64,000 nucleotides of DNA from Camelus ferus. Lineage: Eukaryota. The DNA lies in the NCBI RefSeq assembly GCF_009834535.1, contig NC_045696.1:70062001-70126000 (forward strand). The letters run 5' to 3'. Positions 12,280 to 24,643 of the stretch are shown here, piece by piece; positions within the stretch are counted from its first letter, which is position 1; every line of letters starts with the position of its first letter. The notes under the pieces were generated by a model that saw nothing but the letters and a program-made list of their open reading frames with translations, searched no databases and was not told the origin of the DNA. A program made the position numbers and the translations under genes.

Positions 12280-15200
12280 AATCAAGGGTATTATTGAGAT
12301 ATTATTCACACCATAAAATTCACTCTTTTAAAGTTTACAATTCAGTGGTTTTTAGTATATTTACAAAATGTGCAACCATCAGTACCATCTAATGACACAA
12401 CATTTTCATCATCTGAAAAAGAAATCCCATTCCTATCAGTAGTAATTCCCCATTCCTCCCTCCTTCCCACTCACTGCCAACCACTAATCTGCTTTCTGTC
12501 TCTATAGAGTTACCTATTTGGGTCATGTCATATAAACGTAATCACACAGTATGTGGTCTTCTGTGACTGGCCTTTTCTGCTTTGCATGATGTTTTTGAGA
12601 TTCATCCATGTTGTAGCATTTATCAGTACTTCTTTCCTTTTTATGGCCAAATAATATTCCATCATATGGTTATTCCATATTTTATTTTGATTCACTGACC
12701 TCTGGCCCAGCACACTTCCATTGCACCACTCTGCTCACACATACCACATTTTACCTATCCATTCACTAGTTGATGGTTATTTGAGTTACTTCTATTTTTT
12801 TAGCCGCTATGATTAATGTCGCTATGAACATATATGTACATGTTTTTGTATGGACATATGTTTTCATTTCTCTTGGATATATATCTAGGAGTGGAATTTC
12901 AGAGTCATACAGAACTTTGTGTTTAACTTTTTTTTCGCCAGTTTTTTTTTTTTTTTTAATTGAAGTATAGTTGATTTACAATATCATGTTAGTTTCTGGC
13001 ATACAGCATAGTGAGTCAGTTATACGTGTCTGTGTATATATATCCTTTTTCATATTCGTTCTCACTATAGGTTATTACAAGTTATTGAATACAGCTCCTT
13101 GTGCTATACAGCAGGACCTTGTTTTTACCAATTCTGTATATAGTAGTTTGTATCTACTAATCCCAAACTCCCAATTTATCCCTCCCTTCCTTCCCCCTTT
13201 GGTAACCATAAGTTTGTTTTCTGTGTCTGTGAGTCTCTTTCTGTTTTGTAAATAAGTTTATTTGTGTTATTTTTAAAAATTCCACATATAAGTGATATCA
13301 TATGATATTTGTCTTTATCTGAATTACTTGATTTAGTATGATAATCCCTAGGTCCATCCTTGTTGCTGCAAATGGCATTATTTCATTCTTGTTTATGGCT
13401 GAGTGTATATATATATATATATATCACAACGTCTTTATTAATTTATCTGTCAGTGGACATTTAGGTTGCTTCCATGTCTTGGATATTGTAAATAGTAGTG
13501 CTATGAACATTGGGGTGCATATATCTTTTTGAATTAGAGTTTTCTCCAAATACATGCTCAGGAGTGAGATTGCTGGATCATATAACAATTCTGTTTTTAC
13601 TTTTTTAAGGAATCTCCATACGGTTTTCCATAGTGACTGTACCAATTTACATTTTTACCATCAGTATAGAAGGGTTCCCTTTTCTCCACACCCTCTCCAG
13701 CATTTGTTGTTTGTGGTCTTTTTAATGATGGCCACTCTGACCAGTGTGAGGTGGTACCTTATTGCCATTTTGATTTTGCATTTCTTTGATAATTAGCAAT
13801 ATTGAGCATCTTTTCACATGCCTATTGGCCATCTGTGTTCTTCACTGGAGAAATGTCCGTTTAGGTCTTCTGCCCATTTTTTTGATTGGGTTCTTTGTTT
13901 TGTTGTTGTTGAGTTGTATGAACTGTTTGTATATTCTGGAAGTTGAGCCCTTGTCAGTTGCATCATTTGCAAATATCTTTTCCCATTCTGTAGGCTGTCT
14001 TTTTGTTTTGTTTTATTTTTGGTTTCCTTCCCTGTGGAAAAGCTTGTAAGTTTAATTAGGTCCCATTTGTTTATTTTTGCTTTTATGTCTATTGCCTTGG
14101 TAAACTAACCTAGGAAAACATTTCTACGATTTATATCAGAGAATGTTTTGGCTAGGTTCTCTTCTAGGAGGTTTATGGTGTCCTGTCTTATATTTAAGTC
14201 TTTAAGCCATTTTGAATTTAATTTTCATGTATGGTGTAAGGGAGTGATCTAACTTCATTGATTTACATGTGGCTGTCCAGCTTTCCCAACCCCACTTGCC
14301 AAAGAGGCTGTCTTTTCTCCACTGTATATTCTTGCCTCCTTTTTGAAGATTAATTGACCATAGGTGAGTGGGTTCATTTCTGGCTCTCTATTCTTCTCCA
14401 TTGATCCATATATCTGTTTTTGTGCCAGTACTATGCTATTTTGATTACTGTAGCTCTGTAGTATTGTCTGAAGCCTGGGAGGGTTAATGCCTCCAGCTGT
14501 GTTCTTTTTCTTCATTATTGCTTTGGCAATTCTGGGTCTTTTGTGATTCCATATAAATTTTGGGATTATTTGTTCTAGCTCTGTGAAAAATGTCCTGGGT
14601 AACTTGACAAGGATTGCATTAAATCTGCAGATTGCTTTGGGTAGTATGGCCATTTTACCAGTATTAATTAATTTAACAATCCAAGAGCTTGTGTTATCTT
14701 TCTATTTCTTTAAATCAACTTTCATTTCCTTTATCAATGTTTTATAGTTCTCAGCTTATAAGTCTTTTACTTCCTTGGTCAGGTTTATTTCCAAGTATTT
14801 TTTTTTTTTATGTGATTTTAAAGGGATTCTTCTTTTTCTTCTTCTTTTTTTTTTTTTTACTTTCCTTTTCTGACATTTCATTGTTAATGTAAAGAAATGC
14901 AACAGATTTCTGTATGTTAATCTTGTAATCTGCTACCTTGCTGAATTTATCAGCTCTAGTAGTTTTTTGTAGAACTGACTGCCAAATTATTTTCTAAAAA
15001 GGCTACACCATTTTACATTCCCACCAGCTATGTATGAGAGTACCAATTTCTCCACATCCTTGCCAACACTGTTATTGTCCATCTTTAAAATTTTTTTGTT
15101 TTTAGTCATGATAAAAACCCCCATAAAATTTACCATCTTAGTCATTTTTAAGTGTACAGTTCATTAATAAGAATATTCACATTGTTGTGAAACAGCTCTC

Positions 15201-17340
15201 TAGAACTTTTTCATCTTGCAAACTGAAACTCTAAATCCATTAAATAACAACTCCCATTTCCCCCAACCCTTAACCCCTAGCAACCACTATTCTACTGTTT
15301 TTATGAATTTGACCACTTTAGATACACCGTATAAGTAGAATCTTACAGTATTTGTCTTTCTGTGATTGGCTTATTTCACCTAGCATAATGTCCTCAAGTT
15401 TTGTCTGGGTTATAGCATGTGACAGGATTTCCATCCTTTTTAAGACCTAATAATATTCCGTTGCATGTATCCCATTTTGTTTATCCATTCATCTTTATCT
15501 GTCTTTTGTTATAGCCATTCTCGTGGGCATTACATGATATCTCTTTGTGGTTTTGATTCATAATTTCATAATGATTAATAATTTTGAGTATCTTTCTTGT
15601 GCTCATCAGGCCACTTGTATAGCTGTTTTGCAGAAATGTCTAGGCAGACCCCTTACCCATTCTTTTTTTCTCTTAAACAGACTTTATTTTTTAGGGCAGT
15701 TTTAGGTTCACAGCAAAACTGAGCAGAAAGTACAGAGATTTCCCGTATACCTCTTGTCCCCACATAGGCACAGCTTTCCCCAGAACCCAGAATAAGATCT
15801 GGTCATCTTCAAATAAAGACAGTTTTACTTCTTCCTTTCCAATCTGGGTGTATTTCCTTTCTTTTTCTTGCCTAATTGGCTTGGCTAGAACCTCCTTCTA
15901 AGCTGAATAGGAGTGGCAAGAGAGGATGTCCTTACCTTATTCCAGATCTTTGGGAGAAAGCACTCAGCTTTCAATATTAAGTACATACTAAATTTTTTGT
16001 AGATGTCTTTTATCATCTTGAGGAATTTCCATCAATTCCTAGTTTGCTGAGTGTTTTTATATTAAAGGGATATTGGATTTTGTCAAATGCTTTTTCTGCA
16101 TGTATTTAGATAACCATTTTTATATATTTATTATAGTAATTTTTGCATGTTAAATTTGCTTTGTACTCTGGGATGAATCCCACTTGGTTAAAATATATAA
16201 TCATTTTTATGTTTTGCTGGATTTGGTTTGCTAGTATTTCACTGAGTTTTTGGAATCTGTATTCAAAAGATATTAATCTTTAGTTTTCTTTTTGTGTGTG
16301 ATGTCATTGACTTTGATATCAGGATAATACTGGTGTCACAGAATGAGTTGGGAAGTGTTTCTTTCTCTTCTATTTTTTTGGGGGAAGAGTTTGTGGAGGA
16401 TTTGGTGTTAAATGTTTGGTAGAATTCATTCCTGAAGTGGTCTTGGCCTGGGCTTTTCTTTGTAAGTTTTTTTTAAAAATTGTTAATACAATCTTTTTTA
16501 TTATAGGTATGTTCAGATTTTCTGTTTCTTCTTTATCATTTTCAGTAGTTTGTGTCTTTCTAGGAATTTGTCCATTTCATCTAGGTTATCTTATTTGTTG
16601 ATACACAATTGTTCATAATATTTTATCAGCCTTTTAAATTTCTGTAATGTCAATAGTGATGTTCCTTCCTTCATTCTTCTTTTATTTTTTATTGAAGTAT
16701 AGTCAGTTTACAATGTGTCAATTTCTGGTGTACAGCACAATGCTTCAGTCATACATGAATAGACATATATTCATCTTCATATTCTTCTTCACTGTAAGCT
16801 ACTACAAGATATTGAATATAGTTCCCTGTGCTATACAGTATAAATTTGTTTACCTCATTCACTCTTGATTTTAGTAATTTGAGTCTCCATTTTTTCTAGT
16901 CAGTCTAGTTAAAGACTTTTTATTTTGTTAATATCTTCAAAGCACCAACTTTTGGGTGTATTGATTTTTTTTTTCCTATCCTCTAATTTATTTCTGCTCT
17001 AGTCTTTATTATTTCCTTTCTTCCACTTGCTTTGGGTTTAGTTTGCTTTTCTTTCTTGCTCTTAAGGTGGAAGTTTAGGTTATTGATTTGTGATCTTTTT
17101 TTTTTTTTAATATAGGCATTCACAGCTATAGACTTCCCTCTAAGTTGCTGTCTCTGCAATTCCTATGCTTTTTCCCCCTTTTTTTCATTAATCTCAAAGT
17201 ATTTTCTAATTTTCCTTGTGATTTTATCTTTGAACCAGTGGTTGTTTAGGAGTGTGATAATTTCCATGTCTGTGAATTTCCTAATTTTTACTTCTGTTAT
17301 TACTGATTTCTAATTTCATGCCTCTGTTAAAAATCACTTT
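12280..17340 (-). mobile_element. Nested cluster of antisense LINE-1 fragments in LIPH intron 8, including a younger about 2-kb L1 3' end at about 12940-14970
   Basis: ORF2 C-terminal remnants (14255..14653 [14 protein letters not shown]...; 13424..13645 [14 protein letters not shown]...), endonuclease-proximal ORF2 remnant near 17200-17330, several poly-T 3' ends. Confidence 0.9.
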
Positions 17341-17349
17341 CCTGAGAGA

Positions 17350-18201
17350 TTTTGCTCCTGCAGTTTTTATTGGTTGCATTCAGACAGTGAACACAAGTCT
17401 TCAGTTGAGAGGTCCCTTCAGGTACCTGAGAATGGGTGGACTTATCCTCATCATCACGATTCTCAAACAGCAGATGACTGTTGGGCTGCAGCCTCAGGGT
17501 GATATTCTGGCTCTTCTGGAGGACACTATGGGAAGTCAGGCTGCTTTGGCCACGTTCCCCTCTTCTCAGAACAGGAGTACTCAGTGGTAGACATCTTTCA
17601 CTCTCTTCCCTTTCGTGGGTTGTTATTTTGGGGATCTGTGCCTTGATGTTTCTCCACACCCCTTAGGCAGTTTGAAATTCCACAGTGAAATACTTGGCTG
17701 AGTGTGATAGTCAAGGGCAAATGTTTGCCAGGTTGCCTGAGTGCTATTGTTCACGCACCATGTTTTTTACATTTAAGCACATATTTGTATACTCTTTGAC
17801 AATTCTGAGAAGTCTTCGGTAGGTTTTCATCATTCCGATCTTTTGCATTTTCCCATTTCTTTTTGCATTTAGCAGCATCTGGGTCCCATCAGAGCCTGGG
17901 ACAGGAGGAGGCGGCTGCCTGCTTCCTGCCTGCAGAGCAGAAAGTGCCGGGAGCTGCTCTAGGCACACAGCTCCGCGGAGAAGGTCGTTCTGGTGGTCCC
18001 AAGCCCCCTCACACTCAGTCCTGCGGACCTCCTCACCCGCATCCCGGCGGGCCGCAGGAACCCGCTCCCGGCAGCTGCCGCGCAGCCGCTGTGTGGACCC
18101 GGCAGCTGCACCCTGCACCCACCACCCAGCCAGCCAGGACCCAGCGCACCAGCTCATCCTCCCGCCCGCAGCTAGAGGCCGTAAAACCTGCAACTCCCGG
18201 C
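17350..18201 (-). pseudogene. Putative retrocopy of an unidentified transcript
   Basis: CpG-rich 5' end (about 17950-18201) grading into non-repeat-like sequence and ending in AATAAA (17366-17371 on -), wedged between L1 relics; no clear tail or TSD. Confidence 0.4.
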
Positions 18202-18519
18202 TTTTTTTGTTTTCCTTTCAAATGCCATTATTACTATTATTTTCACTATGTGCGGGATTCTTTGAGGATATGAGTAGAAGTAGATGTCTCCAGAAAGGAT
18301 CTGCGTTTGCTTCTGTCAAGCTCCTGGAGATATCTTCAATCTGGGACGACTTTAATTTTCAAACTTGAGGTTTCTTGGATCACAAATAGTTCGAATTTGA
18401 ACTGTTCAACCATGTGACGGACAGTCCACGTCCTAGCTCTTCCCAGTGCCAAGATTTGAGGCGGAGAATTTTCTGTCCCATGAGGAGTTAGAAGGGTTGT
18501 TTACTTCAAGTTCATGTTT

Positions 18520-18744
18520 GTTTGTTTGTTTAACACTTTTTATTGAGTTATAGTCATTTTACAATGTTGTGTCAAATTCCAGTGCAGAGCACAATTTTTC
18601 AATTATACATGAACATACATATATTCATTGTCACATTCTCTTTCGCTGTGAGCCACCACAAGATCCTGTATATATTTCCCTGTGCTACACACAATCTTGT
18701 TTATCTATTCTACATTTTGAAATCCTAGCCCCTTCCCATCCCCC
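18520..18744 (-). mobile_element. 5'-truncated young L1 3' end with perfect 14-bp TSD
   Basis: tcaagttcatgttt at 18506-18519 and 18745-18758; L1 3'UTR motifs; (AAAC)n-type tail on -. Confidence 0.85.
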
Positions 18745-19399
18745 TCAAGTTCATGTTTAGATGACTTTTCCCCTAGAGGTCCCTTACTCAACTCTCTGCG
18801 TTGAGCCCACAGACTTTGTTTCATGTCCTACTGCTCCACAAGATCATGAAAACTGAAGCTCAAGGTTACTAAGTTTAAAAAAAGACCAACATAAGGTGAT
18901 TTCAGTATTCCTCTTACCTATTTGGATTTCTGCTTTCACATGTTTTTGGGGTTTCTCAGTATTCTTTCCTTTTTTCTTAGTTCAATGTAATTTAAATGAT
19001 TTTAGTTTTGCTGTTTGTTGTTCGTATTTAGTGCACCATACTGCCAGAACCCATAGATCACTGGCTCTCACTCTATTCTTGTATGAACCCAATCTTTGGT
19101 TAGTACCTCTCCATGTATTTCCAGGCATTCCTGTGGGTGGGAGAGGGGGGGTCTTACCTGTACTCATAGACAACCCTGGTCAGCTCCAGGAGATCTCCTT
19201 TTCCCTCTCCTGCCCTGCCACTACCCCCACTGAGTTCTGCCATCTGCAGGTGGCATCACCTTTTCCTGGAGTCCCTGTCGTTTTCTGGTTCCATAGGTGC
19301 CTTTGGAGAAGTGGGAAGGGATCCCTTTTTCTCTTGCTGCACTCTGATCAACTGCTTATAATCCTTTTTGGTTAAACTGCTCCTTTCACATCAGCTTTT

Positions 19400-19792
19400 T
19401 TTTGCTCTTTATTGTGAAAAATTAAAGTTTACAGAAAAGCTGCAATAGTACTAAGAACTGTTTCTGAACCATTCTGCAGTAGTTGACAACATGCTACCTC
19501 ATCAACCCTAAGTACCTTAGTGTGTATTTTCTACAAACGAGGACATTCTCCTACATAACCACAACCGACCATCAAAATGAGAGAAATTACATTGATACGC
19601 TACTACCATCTGATCCTGGACCCCATTCTAGTCTTAAATAATTGTCCTAATAGTGTCTTTTGTAGCAAAGGGATTCAATTCAGGATCAACAGCTGCATTT
19701 GGTTGTCCTGTCTCTTTAGTCTTCACTTTGGAACAGCTTTTCCATCTCTCCTCCACTTTTTGACTTTGACAACTTTTGGAGATTACGGGTCG

Positions 19793-19828
<36 letters not shown>

Positions 19829-21280
19829 TTATTTATTATTTTTTTATTGATTATTTTTAGAATATCTTCAGTTTGGGTTTGTCTGATGTTTCCCCATGAT
19901 TAAATTCAGATCATGCATCTTTGGCAAGGACACCACAGGGGTGATGTTATGTTTATCTCAGTGTTTCCTGTTAGGAAACTCACAATTTTGATTTTTTTCC
20001 TTAATGTCGATCATCAGTTGGTTAAGGTGATTTCTGGCAAGATTCTCCACTTTAAAGTTACTATTTTTTCCCTTTGTAATTAATAATTATATTGTGGGTA
20101 GGTACTTTGAGACCATGTAAATGGTCCATTACTCCTTAAACCTTTACCCACTAGTTTTGATGTTTGTGGTTAAATTAATATTCTGATGGCTGCCAAATGG
20201 TGATTTTTCAAATTCAGCATTTAGGAAAGGCATTCTCTTCTTCTTATTTATTTATTCATTTATTTGTTTATATCAGTATGGACTCCTGGATTTTTATTTT
20301 ATAATGGGGACTTATAATCAGTTACTATCATTGATTTATTTTGATATTCAAATTGCCCCAAATCTGGCCAGTGCCCTTTTTTAATGCAATTTTCATTATA
20401 TTAAAAAAAAGTAACAAAAATGTACCATTTTAATCATTTTCAAGTATACAGTTCTATAGTTTAAGCATATTTACATCATTGTGAGACAGACCTCCAGAAA
20501 TTTTTCATCTTGCAAAACTAAAACTCTATATCCGTTAAATAACAACATCCATTTCTCCCTCCCCCTCTCCCTGGCAACCACCAGTCTACTTTCTATTTCT
20601 ATGAATTTGACTAATTTAGATACCTCATACAAGAGGAATCAAACAGTATTTATCTTTTGTGACTGGCTTATTGCATTTAGCATAATGTTCTCAAGGCTCA
20701 TCCATGTTGTAGCATGTGATAGGATTTCCCCTTTTTAAGGCTGAGTAATATTCCATTGTATGTACATGTCACATTTTGTTTATTTACTCATCCACCTATG
20801 GACTTTTGGGTTGCTTTTACCTCTTGCCTATTGTAATAATGCTGCTTTGAACATTGGTGTGCAAGTATCTCTGAGACCTTGCTTTCAGTTCTTTTGAGTA
20901 AAATTGCTGGATCATATGGTAGTTCTATTTTACATTTTTTGGGGAGCCTTCATGCTGTTTGCTTTGGTGGCTCTACCATTTTACATTCCGACCAACAGTG
21001 TACAAGGGTTCCAATTTTTTCATATCCCTGTCAACACTTGTTATTTTCTGTTTGTTATTTTTTTTTCATAGTAGCCACCCTAATCGGTGTGAAGTGATTC
21101 TCTATTCTTTTGAACATCTCCATCAATCTTTGAGTGCTTCCTTACTTTATGGCACAGAGGTTGTTCCAGGATCACTTTGTACTTTCCCTGCCCTAGCCCT
21201 GGAATCAGTCATTACCCCAGGGAGCCCTAGTTCCTTTTTGTGGAGATGGTATTTAGAAACCACAATCTGGGTAACCTTTT
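19400..21280 (-). mobile_element. Old L1MC/MD-like 3' region interrupted by an L1MB-like 3' end (about 20400-21095)
   Basis: Recognisable L1 3'UTR motifs (aggacattctcctacataaccaca; ctggcaaccaccagtctactttct; ccctgccctagccctggaatcag). Confidence 0.7.
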
Positions 21281-21833
21281 GGATTAGTTCTACTTGTGGC
21301 ACTTCTGCCACTTCTGCCTTCCACAGGACTGACACATGATTCCAGTGAGCCTGGGGTGACAGGCACCTCTTCACCCCCATCCCTACCTCCAATCTAAGGA
21401 TTCATATCTCGGCAATCATTTCTCCATAGCCTACTCTCCCAGGTCCCCAGAGGGACATTTCCCACCTGAACCTCCCCAGTGATTACACCTTAGACTCAAT
21501 ATGGGATTTTAACTGTAGGAAACATCTTCACCCACTTAGAAGAAAAGTTGGAACCTGGGATGCAGCTATTTTAAGGTTTCTCTTGAGAGGCAGAACTGAA
21601 AAAATATACGTTTAAGCACAACTTCTAAATTAGATTCTAAATTCTATCCTAATTTAGATATACGTATGCATCTCACAATGCAATTTAATGGAAAGACCAT
21701 AACTTTGAACTCAGCCAGAACTGGGTTTTAATCCTTGTACTGTGACATATAAGACCTGTGACCTGGGTGAGCTTTAGCTCTGCAAGCATCTGTTTCCCTG
21801 TCTGTAAAATGAAGACATTAATACCTTGCAGAA

Positions 21834-21946
21834 GAGGTAGGGGGTAGGCTCTAGCTTAAGTGGTAGAGTGCATGCTTAGCATGCACAAGTTCCTTGGTTC
21901 AATCTCCAGTACCTCCATTTAAAAAAAATTTAAAAAATAAAAAATA
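21834..21946 (+). mobile_element. tRNA-derived SINE (Vic-1-like) with perfect 14-bp TSD, inserted into a MIR
   Basis: tagcttaagtggtagagtgcatgcttagcatgcac...ggttcaatctccagtacctcca plus A tail; aataccttgcagaa at 21820-21833 and 21947-21960. Confidence 0.9.
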
Positions 21947-22240
21947 AATACCTTGCAGAATCTTTCAGGGAATTGGAGACATGTGTCCAGAGATGAGGAT
22001 GCTGTCTGGCCTATCATAGGCGGCAGGTACCTCTCTAACGCCATAGCATTTCGTCAGGCCTAGGGGCAGCAGCTTCACTTATGCAGTCCTTTGGAATCCA
22101 AGCTTTGCCCATGGAAGTCGGCTACTGCAGGCTATGGGGTCAAATGGCTGCCTGCCGATGTGTGGTCTGTAGGCCTCAAAACTGTTTTCTTTCGCTGGTA
22201 ATCTATATCCACTGAAAAATATCTTATTTCTTCCTTCCAG

Positions 22241-22414
22241 TGAGCCCGCAACATTTCAGAAATACCACCAAGTGAGTCTGCTGGCAAGATTCGATCAAGA
22301 TCTGGACAAAGTGGCAGCCATTTCCTTGGAGTTCTCTACAGGGGCTGTAATAGGCCCCAAGTACAAGCTCAGGATTCTCCGAATGAAGTTAAGGTCACTT
22401 GCCCATCCGGAGAG
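22241..22414 (+). CDS. LIPH: LIPH coding exon 9
   Basis: ttccag| ... |gtgagc, 174 nt; [57 protein letters not shown](R). Confidence 0.97.
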
Positions 22415-23574
22415 GTGAGCTGCAAACAAGGTCTGGCCAGTCCCTGTTTTCCAAAGATGGTATTAGTTCCTGTCCAATCTGCTTGGTCTGATGTTTTAAC
22501 AGGACTTCATCAATCACAATGAAGGAAGGGAGGGATCCTTTAAAACCAGACTTGATCAAAATAAGTTGCCCAGTAATCCAAGAAAATTTTACTAGTATGC
22601 ACTGAAAGCTAAATGGCCTGATAATCCAAAGAAATAATGTTGCTATATGCTTAGTTACACAGTTCCTCCCTAACCACTCCACCCACGCTGCTTTGAAGTT
22701 GATAATTTGTTGTAGAAAAGAAAGCCTCCTATAGTTTGGCAAACTGATAAAACACAGCCTAGCATTAAAAGGTACAGAAAAATTGGAATCTTTTGTTCCA
22801 CTGATATAGGATAAAGTACAATATATCAATGTTAAATTTGATAAGTGCCCTGAGAATGCCCTTGTCCTTAGGAAATATACACTGAAGTATTAAGGGGTAA
22901 ACAGCCTATTCTCAGTTGGTTCAGAAAAAATAAACAACAGTGTATATGTGTGTGTGTGTTGAGAGAGGGAGAGACAGAGACAAAGAGGGGGAGAAAGAAC
23001 AAAGCTGTGATGGTACGTGTGTTTTGTGACTAATGCCACTAGTCCTAGCATCAAATCTATGGACAGAGAGAGACAGAAAATGATGTGAGCAGTTACTGCT
23101 TTACAGTTATCCTGAAGGTCTAGGATACCCTAAAACATTTAATAATACAAGTTATTTTTTCCCAAGAGGGTAGTCACTACATCTTAAAACTGGTACTTTT
23201 TAATACTTCTTTTCCTGATTATCAAAGTAATAGATGTTCATTTTATAAAATCTGGAAAGTGCAGAAAGTGTAAGGAAGTGAAAAAAATATCATGGATAAT
23301 GTCATTATTCAGAGGCAACCACTATTAATATTTTTAGTTATCTCTTCCTATTTGCTTTTAAACCTGGTTGAAGTTATGTGGTGAATAAAACTGTACATCC
23401 TGATGTCTGGCTGTTGTTGATGCTGCTTTGTTTATTTACCACAAGCATTTTTCTAGAATGATAGAAATAATTGCTAAATAGTTTTACATCCAAAGGAGAT
23501 AATGCAATTGACTTCACCAGAATGGGGTATTTTTCGTATTGTATTGACAAGGATATCTCATCTTATTTTCACAG

Positions 23575-23662
23575 GCCCCAATTGTGTCGATATGACCTTG
23601 TACTGATGGAAAACGTCGAAACAGTCTTCCAACCTATTCTTTGCTCAAAGTTGCAAATGTAA
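23575..23662 (+). CDS. LIPH: LIPH last coding exon (10) with TAA stop
   Basis: ttcacag|, 88 nt; [28 protein letters not shown]. Confidence 0.97.
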
Positions 23663-24637
23663 CTGCTGACAGGACACCTGGGTACCAGTAACATTAAGAA
23701 AGCTACAACTACAGGCTTTTTAAAGCTTCACCTCACCTTTTCCTCAAGGCACAAGAAGTATAGAATAACCAGGGTTTTTTGCAGTAATGTCACACTGCAA
23801 AACATCAAACGACCTTGGATTATGAAACAGTCCTGGGAAGGGAGCCCCTAAGTAGGGCGAGTCAGAAATAGCCAGGCTCCCAACGGCCCAGCGCCTTGTC
23901 TGGCTGTGTCCTGGGGCCTCATTTGTTCCGACCTGTCGATTCTGCTGCCTGTCACCCGGGCAGTTCTGCCCATCACAGCGGCCAGCCAAGCATCTCAAAG
24001 GGAAAGACTGGCTGGAGACCTCCCTTTGGACTCGACCCCACATTCCCTGTGCCAGATCCCTCCAGGCCGCGCATGCAGAAGGGAATGAAACTGACCTCCC
24101 TCACAGGGCTCGTGTGTGGATTTAGGAGGCAAGTCTGTGAAGGATTCTTTGAAATCCTTTGGGTGCCACATCTGTGAGTGGCTGATATACGTGAATATGC
24201 TTGTATTTATTTTGCTATGGCTTATCTAATAAGCACTAAGAGAGCTTCTCCCTGTCAACACCACCTTCTCTCTTGGGCTCTTTGCTCTGGGAAGGCAGGG
24301 AAGCCACACCCCTGGCTTCCCTCCTTGTTGGAAGTGGAGTTGGTGCAGGAGGCAGTGAGGACAGGCCAGTAGCCAAGGGGGCAGCCCCTGGGACCAGACA
24401 GTATGTGGATGAGGGAAGAAGGACAGATGAAGCCATGGGACTACCTCGCTCATGGGGACCAGGGATGGAGCAAGAGGCAGGACAGAAAAAGCAGGGCTTG
24501 TTTTTCACTTAAGGTGAAGAAGAATCGCTTTATAGGCAACCCTCATTTTAAGCAATTCTTAAGAAATACTTTGTTTTTCTTTATTACTAATGTAACTTGT
24601 GATTATTGAAGGAAATTCAGAAAATGTACAGATGCAA

Positions 24638-24643
24638 AATAAA
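24638..24643 (+). terminator. Candidate LIPH polyadenylation signal
   Basis: AATAAA about 1 kb after the LIPH stop, preceded by an AU-rich stretch; use not demonstrable from sequence. Confidence 0.35.

Noticed and set aside
13338..14653. ORFs such as 14255..14653 and 13424..13645
   Set aside because: Frameshifted LINE-1 ORF2 C-terminal remnants and their antisense frames, not host genes.
17380..17457. C/D-box snoRNA-like arrangement on - (GTGATGA ... CTGA, 78 nt)
   Set aside because: No convincing terminal stem or C' box, no guide complementarity recognised, and antisense to the host gene. An Infernal/snoScan hit would be needed.
21834..21916. tRNA-Ala-like gene (also at 2801-2927 and 10587-10674)
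   Set aside because: A/B boxes are present, but these have A tails, diverged stems and, in two copies, clear TSDs. They are SINEs, not tRNA genes.
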